A stretch of 52,160 nt of DNA from Eledone cirrhosa (taxonomy: Eukaryota). Where the stretch lies: the NCBI GenBank assembly GCA_964016885.1, contig CAXHJY010001574.1:1-52160 (forward strand), in the 5' to 3' direction. The translations under genes and the position numbers were made by a program. The notes beneath the pieces were generated by a model. It searched no databases. It saw only the letters and a program-made list of their open reading frames with translations, and had not been told where the DNA came from. The first letter of the stretch is position 1, and every line of letters begins with the position of its first letter. This document shows positions 38,601 to 52,160 of the stretch, in pieces.

Positions 38601-39190
38601 GTGTGTGTCCTGGGGTTGTGTAACTGTGTGTTACAGGGTATGTGTGAGTGTGAGTGTGCTGGTGTTGTGTAACTGTGTGTTACAGGGTATGTGTGAGTGT
38701 GTGTGTGCTGGGGTTGTGTAACTGTGTGTTACAGGGTATGTGTGAGTGTGTGTGTGCTGGGGTTGTGTAACTGTGTGTTACAGGGTATGTGTGAGTGTGT
38801 GTGTGTGCTGGGATTGTATAACTGTGTGTTACAGGGTATGTGTGAGTGTGAGTGTGCTGGGGTTGTGTAACTGTGTGTTACAGGGTATGTGTGAGTGTGT
38901 GTGTGTGCTGGGATTGTGTAACTGTGTGTTACAGGGTATGTGTGAGTGTGAGTGTGCTGGGGTTGTGTAATTGTGTGTTACAGGGTATGTGTGAGTGTGA
39001 GTGTGCTGGGGTTGTGTAACTGTTTGTTACAGGGTATGTGTGAGTGTGTGTGTGTGCTGGGGTTGTGTAACTGTGTGTTACAGGGTATGTGTCAGTGTGA
39101 GTGTGCTGGGGTTGTGTAACTGTGTGTTACAGGGTATGTGTGAGTGTGTGTGTGTGCTGGGGTTGTGTAATTGTGTGTTACAGGGTATGT
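35660..39190. repeat. GT-rich ~49-bp minisatellite, roughly 70 copies, with degenerate flanks from 35340 to 39350
   Basis: Unit (GT)nGCTGGGGTTGTGTAACTGTGTGTTACAGGGTATGTGTGA. Length varies in the GT run. Confidence 0.95.
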
Positions 39191-39479
39191 GTGTAGTTGT
39201 GTGAATTGTGTGGTAGAAGGTATGTGTATGTGTGTGTGGTTGGGTGCTACAGGGTGTGTGTGTAAGTGTGTGTGGGTGTGTGCTACAGGGTGTGTGTGTA
39301 TGTGTGTGTGGGTGTGTGTTACAGGGTATGTGTGTAAGTGTGAGTGTGGTTTGTGTAGTAGTTTAGTACAGGGTATATATATGTGGGGGTGTCTCGTAAT
39401 GGATGTTTATGAATCATTATTGATCTCACAGTTCTTGTTTGTCTCAACATTTTAATCCGGGCATTTTGTACTAAAGCAC

Positions 39480-39495
39480 ACACACACACATACAC

Positions 39496-39546
<51 letters not shown>

Positions 39547-39637
39547 CATATATATATATATGTATGTCTATGTGTATATCAGATAGATAATATGACAAGC
39601 ATATAAACCGTCATCTTTATACATGTATATATATATA

Positions 39638-39668
<31 letters not shown>

Positions 39669-39976
39669 GTGTATATATATATATGTATATGTGTATATAG
39701 ATATTTGTATATATATGTATGTATATATATATATGTATATATATATATGTATATATATGTATGTATATATATATATGTATATATGTATGTATATATATAT
39801 ATATGTATATATGTATGTATATATGTATATATGTATGTGTATATATGTATGTATATATGTATATATGTATGTATATATGTATATATGTATGTATATATAT
39901 GTATATATGTATGTATATATGTATATATATGTATGTATATATGTATATATATGTATATATGTATGTATGTATGTAT

Positions 39977-40010
<34 letters not shown>

Positions 40011-40020
40011 GTATATATAT

Positions 40021-40054
<34 letters not shown>

Positions 40055-40470
40055 GTATATATATATATATATATATGTATTAAGATAAGCAGAACAAGTA
40101 AAATTCAATCAATTTTTCAAAATACATTAAAAAATATAATATAAATATTTACCTCATCTAGTGGCCCTTACTGATCAGTTTCGCTTTGTAAAACCTCATA
40201 AATCCGATGGATTCATGATGGAAAACCAAAGCTCATCAGAGAAGCATTTTCTCATCCTAGGGCTAAACGTCCCAGGAACGACAAAATATACAACCTCCTG
40301 CCAGCTAATATATATATATGTATGTATATATATGTATATATGTATGTATATATATATATATATGTATGTATATATATATATATATGTATGTATATATATG
40401 TATATATGTATGTGTATATATATATGTATATATGTGTGTATATATATATGTATATGTATGTATGTATATA

Positions 40471-40538
<68 letters not shown>

Positions 40539-40584
40539 TATGTATATATGTATGTATATATATATATATGTATATATGTATGTA

Positions 40585-40615
<31 letters not shown>

Positions 40616-40770
40616 ATATATATATATGTATGTATGTATATATATGTATATATGTATATATATATATGTATGTATGTATATGTATATATGTATGTATATA
40701 TATATATATGTATGTATGTATGTATATATATGTATATATGTATGTATATATATATATATGTATATATGTA

Positions 40771-40806
<36 letters not shown>

Positions 40807-41168
40807 TATATTTATATGTATGTATATATTTATATGTATATATATATGTATATATATATATGTATATGTATGTATATATATATGTATATATGTATGTATA
40901 TATATGTATATATGTATGTATATATATGTATATATGTATGTATATATATGTGTATATATGTATGTATATATATATATGTGTGTATATATGTATGTATATA
41001 TATATGTGTGTATATATGTATGTATATATATATGTGTATATATGTATGTATATATATATATATGTGTATATATGTATGTATATGTGTATATATGTATGTA
41101 TATGTGTATATATGTATGTATATATGTATGTATATGTGTATATATGTATGTATATATATATATGTATG

Positions 41169-41205
<37 letters not shown>

Positions 41206-41240
41206 CTATATCTATGTATATATGTGTATATATGTATGTG

Positions 41241-41276
<36 letters not shown>

Positions 41277-41304
41277 TATGTATATATGTGTATATATGTA
41301 TGTG

Positions 41305-41340
<36 letters not shown>

Positions 41341-41408
41341 TATGTATATATATGTATGTATATATATATATGTATATATATATGTATATATATATGTATA
41401 TATATATG

Positions 41409-41493
<85 letters not shown>

Positions 41494-41494
41494 G

Positions 41495-41541
<47 letters not shown>

Positions 41542-41556
41542 GTATATATATATATT

Positions 41557-41591
<35 letters not shown>

Positions 41592-41602
41592 GTATATATA
41601 TG

Positions 41603-41653
<51 letters not shown>

Positions 41654-41903
41654 GTATGTATGTATGCATGTATATATATATGTAGTATTAACTATGTATC
41701 TGTATGTCTCGTGGGTGAAAAAGAGGTCATATAAGTGTTCATTCAATAATAAATTGCTCCGAAGAAACCAAAACTCGGTTTGGAGGAAACAGTTGTAAGC
41801 ATAAAAATGTTTTGAACAGTTCTTTGATTATTATAATTCATATATATATGTATGTATATTATGTATGTATATATATATATATATGTATGTATGCATATAT
41901 ATG

Positions 41904-41938
<35 letters not shown>

Positions 41939-41997
41939 GTATATATATGTATATATATATATGTATATATATGTATATATATATATGTATATATATG

Positions 41998-42072
<75 letters not shown>

Positions 42073-42133
42073 ATATATGTATATATATATATGTATATAT
42101 ATATATGTATATATATGTATATATATGTATGTG

Positions 42134-42198
<65 letters not shown>

Positions 42199-42200
42199 GT

Positions 42201-42241
<41 letters not shown>

Positions 42242-42377
42242 TATGTATGTATATATATATATGTATGTATATATATATGTATATATATGTATGTATATAT
42301 GTATATGTATGTATATATATGTATGTATGTATGTATATATATGTATGTATGTATATATATGTTTGAATGTATATATG

Positions 42378-42410
<33 letters not shown>

Positions 42411-42463
42411 GTATATATGTATATATGTATATGTATGTATGTATATGTATATATGTATATATG

Positions 42464-42494
<31 letters not shown>

Positions 42495-42540
42495 GTATAT
42501 ATGTATATGTATGTATGTATGTATGTATGTATATATGTAT
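39480..42540. repeat. (TA)n/(TATG)n microsatellite field with unique islands at 40080-40310 and 41685-41840
   Basis: Direct inspection. Confidence 0.95.
40165..40243 (-). ncRNA. Type I hammerhead ribozyme with a 50-nt stem II (predicted GUA cleavage, 40169/40168)
   Basis: UUCU-CUGAUGA-GCUUUG[..]CAAAGC-GAA-ACUGAUCAGU-A|AGGG. Canonical core, G10.1-C11.1 pair, palindromic stem III, short stem I. Confidence 0.75.
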
Positions 42541-43008
42541 GTTCTTCTGGTTTTATAATTTCACAAATTTTACCAATAGAGAGAGAGTCTGTTTCTAACA
42601 TAGACACAAGACTCTCTCATTGGAATTTACACAACATCAACTAGGTAAATATGTATGTACGCATGCATGTGTAGATATGGATGTTATTGTATGTGTGGAT
42701 GTGGATGTTTTGAGTTGTATGTGTGCATGTGTATATGCTTTGTATCTGTACATGTGTATATGCAGTTATTAGATGCAACATTTTTGGAATGTTTTACATA
42801 TTTTTACGGTTCCATTAATGGATTTTACTTGTAGTTTCCTAACTAGTTGTGTTCTTTCTGTTCCTGTGATGCCTAGCTTCTCAAGATTTGTATTGAGGCA
42901 GTTACTAACATATCCCAGTACCCCAATAATCACAGGCATAAATCTGAAGGTGTAATCAGGGTGGAGTATCTGCAGATTTCTCATCAGTTCTGCATAAATA
43001 TTCTCCTT
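42541..43008 (-). mobile_element. 3' end of an R4/Dong-like RLE non-LTR element (subfamily 2)
   Basis: KENIYAELMRNLQILHPDYTFRFMPVIIGVLGYV...GTVKICKTFQK* is homologous to 43186-43476. The 3' UTR runs into (ACAT)n. Confidence 0.75.
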
Positions 43009-43117
43009 GTATGTATATATGTATATATATATATGTATGTATTTATATATGTATGTATGGATATATGTATATGTATGTATGTATATATGTATGTATGTAT
43101 ATATGTATGTATATATG

Positions 43118-43969
43118 TTATCTCTTTCTCTTAATTTTTGACCGGCCACCATCCTGGTGGCAAGATTGTAAAACAAAATAAATTGTCAACCCTTGAATCG
43201 CAAGAATGTTTTGCAAATTTTGAAGGTGCCAGCTATCGCAGCCATTTGTAGACTATGAATTAGGGAGCTGCGCTCTTTGTCTGCAAATCCAAGTTCAGTC
43301 ATACTTTGGTCCAAGCGGGTTGGTATATAACCCGTAGCTCCAATAATGATGGGTATGAAGCTAAATGTGTATCTTGGATACTGGATTTGTAAACTCCTCA
43401 TCAATGGTCCGTAGATGTCTTTCTTGTCCTGTATTTTTCTGACAACGTTTACCTTAAGTGGGCAGCTGATCTCCACAACACGTTTTCAATGTGTGGTCCC
43501 AAACAACAATATCAGGCCGGTTGTGCTTTAATCTGGTGGCAGTTTTTATTTTCGGGTTCCACCAGTATTCCTTAGTGCCATCTGTCTCAATATATTCGTC
43601 CTCGTTTGTTGTTAATTTTGTTTTCCGAAGTGTGTTCCAGATGGTTCTAGCTATCCCATCGTGTCTCATGGGAGGTAGTAGCGAGATGACATTCTTTCGC
43701 AGCTGGCAACAATGTGGCTTACATCCTCGTTCTTTGTTTTACATAGCCTACATTTATTGTCAGCTGATGGCCCTCCCCTTTTGTGCAGCAGATATTTGGT
43801 AGGGAGTTCTTGTTCCTGTATTGCATAGAGATATCCCTCAAGGTGTGATGGCATAAACTTGTCGGAACTCCATGCCAGGCTTTTTGAGTGGTTTATCCCC
43901 TCTATGGTCTGTGTTTTACGCCTCAAGTATCCATGCACAACTTTTTTCTATAAATTGGTCAATTTTTTT
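43118..43969 (-). mobile_element. 5'-truncated R4/Dong-like non-LTR retrotransposon (CCHC zinc knuckle + restriction-like endonuclease), two frameshifts
   Basis: HGY..AIQEQELPTKYL..CRLCKTKNEDVSHIVASC..YYLP/RHD..WWN..KHNRPDIVVWD..EISCP..K..Y, spread across three adjoining ORFs. Confidence 0.9.
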
Positions 43970-46550
<2,581 letters not shown>

Positions 46551-46671
46551 ATATATGGATGTATATATAATGTATTTTGCAATACACTTTATGCTTAATT
46601 AAAAGCATTTTGAAGACCGTATGCTATTGTTTTAGAGTAGTGACAAATTTACTTACTTTAATCTCAGCAAA

Positions 46672-46742
46672 CAGGGGAGATAAGCCGACAAAGCCTTGTT
46701 TCGCTTTTGTTGAAGCTTATCAAGGCTAACTACTCCCATCTG
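46672..46742 (-). ncRNA. Type I hammerhead ribozyme, U3-A8 core variant (predicted GUC cleavage, 46687/46686)
   Basis: Inverted copy of 47030-47100 with a one-base change in the stem III palindrome. Confidence 0.8.
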
Positions 46743-47029
46743 TCTACCGAGATTACTGATGTTATATTCTTATATTCTCATGTTTGCTGAGATTAAAGTA
46801 AGTGAATTTGTCACTACTCTAAAACAATAGCATACGGTCTTCAAAATGCTTTTAATTAATCATAAAGTGTATTGCAAAATACATTATATATACATCCATA
46901 TATATATTGCTATTTCAGAGCTCCATTTCTAATTTTTAATTTCTGCCTGACCAACAACCGCTCTGTGTAATCAGTTCCTGATTATTTACTAGAATTCTAT
47001 AAGAATATAACATCAGTAATCTCGGTAGA

Positions 47030-47100
47030 CAGGTGGGAGTAGTTAGCCTTGATAAGCTTCAACAAAAGCGAAACAAGGCCTTGTCGGCTTATCTCCCCTG
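47030..47100 (+). ncRNA. Type I hammerhead ribozyme, U3-A8 core variant (predicted GUC cleavage after 47085)
   Basis: CAG GU GGGAG UAGUU AGCC-UUGAUAA-GCUU CAACAA AAGC-GAA-ACAAGGCCUUGU-C|GGCU UAU CUCCC CUG. Stem I has an internal loop and stem III is palindromic. Confidence 0.85.
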
Positions 47101-47251
47101 TTTGCTGAGATTAAAGTAAGGGAATTTGTCACTACTCTAAAACAATAGCATACGGTCTTGGAAATGCTTTTAATTAAGCATAAAGTGTATTGCAAAATAC
47201 ATTATATATACATCTATATATATATTGCTATTTCAGAGCTCCATTTCTAAT

Positions 47252-50597
<3,346 letters not shown>

Positions 50598-50910
50598 TGT
50601 TTTCTCTTTCTCTTAATTTTGAGTATATTTTTTGACCGGCCACCTTCCTGGTGGCAAGGTTGTAAAAGAAAAATTGTCATCCCTTGAATCGCAAGAATGT
50701 TTTGCAAATTTTGAAGGTGCCAGCTATCGCAGCCATTTGTAGACGATGAATTAGGGAGCTGCGCTTTTTGTCTGCAAATCCAAGTTCAGTCATACTTTGG
50801 TCCAAGCGGGTTGGTATATAACCCGTAGCACCAATAATGATGGGTATGAAGCTAAAGGTGTATCTTGGATACTGGATTTGTAAACTCCTCATCAATGGTC
50901 CGTAGATGTC
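50598..50910 (-). mobile_element. Second, shorter 3' copy of the R4/Dong-like element
   Basis: Near-identical to 43118-43420 in both protein and 3' UTR. Ends AAGAGAAAGAGAAAACATATATAC. Confidence 0.9.
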
Positions 50911-51028
50911 CTCCTTCCATATGTATGTATATATATATGTATGTATATATATATATGTATGTATATATATATGTATGTATATATATATGTATGTATATAA
51001 TGTATGTATATATATATGTATGTATATA

Positions 51029-51059
<31 letters not shown>

Positions 51060-51418
51060 TATATGTATATATATATATGTATATATGTATATATATATAT
51101 GTATATATATATATGTATATATATATATGTATATATATATATGTATATATATATATGTATATATGTATATATATATATGTATATATATATATGTATATAT
51201 ATATATGTATATATATATATGTATATATATATATGTATATATATATGTATATATATATGTATGTATATATGTATGTATATATATATGTATATATGTATGT
51301 ATGTATATATGTATGTATATATGTATGTATATATCTATGTATGTATATATGTATGTATATATATGTATATATGTATGTATATATGTATGTATGTATATAT
51401 GTATGTATATCTATCTAT

Positions 51419-52160
51419 CTAAGGCGGGTAAAATTCCCGAGATCCATGGACGAGTTCTCTCGAGCGGTCTCTGTCCCTCATTATCGCTGCCATATCCTCC
51501 ATCTCCAACAGACCAGTGTCTGTCCTTAGGGCATCAACATATGTTAACCTTGGTCTTCCTCTTCTAGTGTGTCCATGTAGGGGCTCCCAAAGGAGCACTG
51601 AGTGCAATGTCAACTCTGGATGTCGGTGAGCATGTCCAGCCAACCTCAGTCTCCTCTGTGTCACTTTTGAGCTGACTCTTGGGATGCTCCCATACAGCTC
51701 TGAGTTTTTCATCCTCAGTGTATACTGATTAATGTTCAGAGCCATCCTCAACATTCTCGTGTAGCACCCATCCACCATCTGAGTGAGTTTCTTGGTCAGT
51801 GTCCAAGTCTCAGACCCATACAGCAGCACAGACTCCACTACAGCAATGAAGAGGCGGATTTTCAGGTCTCTACGAAGGTCCGACTTCCACACCGATCTCA
51901 AGCTGTGGCACGCCGCCCAGGCCTTGCTCTTCCTCTCAACCACATCATCCTCCGTATTCCCAATCTTTGCTCCCAAATACAGGAAGTCCTCAACCAATTC
52001 CAGCGGCTTCCCGCCTACATTAGTGATCCCCTCTGGCTTCTCAACATTCTCTACCAGATATTTGTTTTAGTCTCATTCATTCTCAGCCCCACACTCATCG
52101 ACACAGTCTCAACCTCCCGAATCAAATCCTCTGCCTCCTTCACTGTATTTGTCCAACGAC
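51419..52160 (-). mobile_element. RTE-clade LINE, 3' part of ORF2 (RT thumb / C-terminal region), running off the window
   Basis: [63 protein letters not shown]. Frameshift near 52060 and a (TAGA)n tail directly at the stop. Confidence 0.9.

Larger units (their letters stand above)
46551..47251 (+). mobile_element. Retrozyme-like / Penelope pLTR-like non-coding element: 318-bp unit in partial tandem plus an inverted copy
   Basis: 46781-46933 repeats at 47099-47251 (offset 318). 46551-46774 is the reverse complement of about 46998-47220. One HHR on each strand, no ORF. Confidence 0.8.

Noticed and set aside
35664-39455. Cys-rich, metallothionein-like ORFs
   Set aside because: They are GT minisatellite translations with frequent frame changes.

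Overview
Eukaryotic, repeat-saturated intergenic or intronic DNA. It is most likely from an octopod cephalopod, inferred from the SINE/LINE families and the very long AT/ATAC microsatellites. I can support no intact host gene; nearly all long ORFs in the track are microsatellite artefacts. The window holds tRNA-derived SINEs, truncated non-LTR retrotransposons (R4/Dong-like RLE, RTE, CR1/L2, L1/Tx1-like), hAT and Tc1/mariner MITEs, two Helitron-like non-autonomous elements and several satellites, two of them built from retroelement pieces. The main hidden signal is a dense set of type I hammerhead ribozymes (HHRs), which I folded by hand. There are nine intact-looking motifs in about five sequence families, plus degenerate or truncated ones. 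They lie in short non-coding islands, mostly within or beside (TA)n tracts, and mostly as inverted pairs. The best locus (46551-47251) has retrozyme or Penelope pLTR architecture: a 318-bp unit in partial tandem plus an inverted copy, carrying an extended HHR with a U3-A8 core covariation. Ribozyme activity, expression and novelty are untested.
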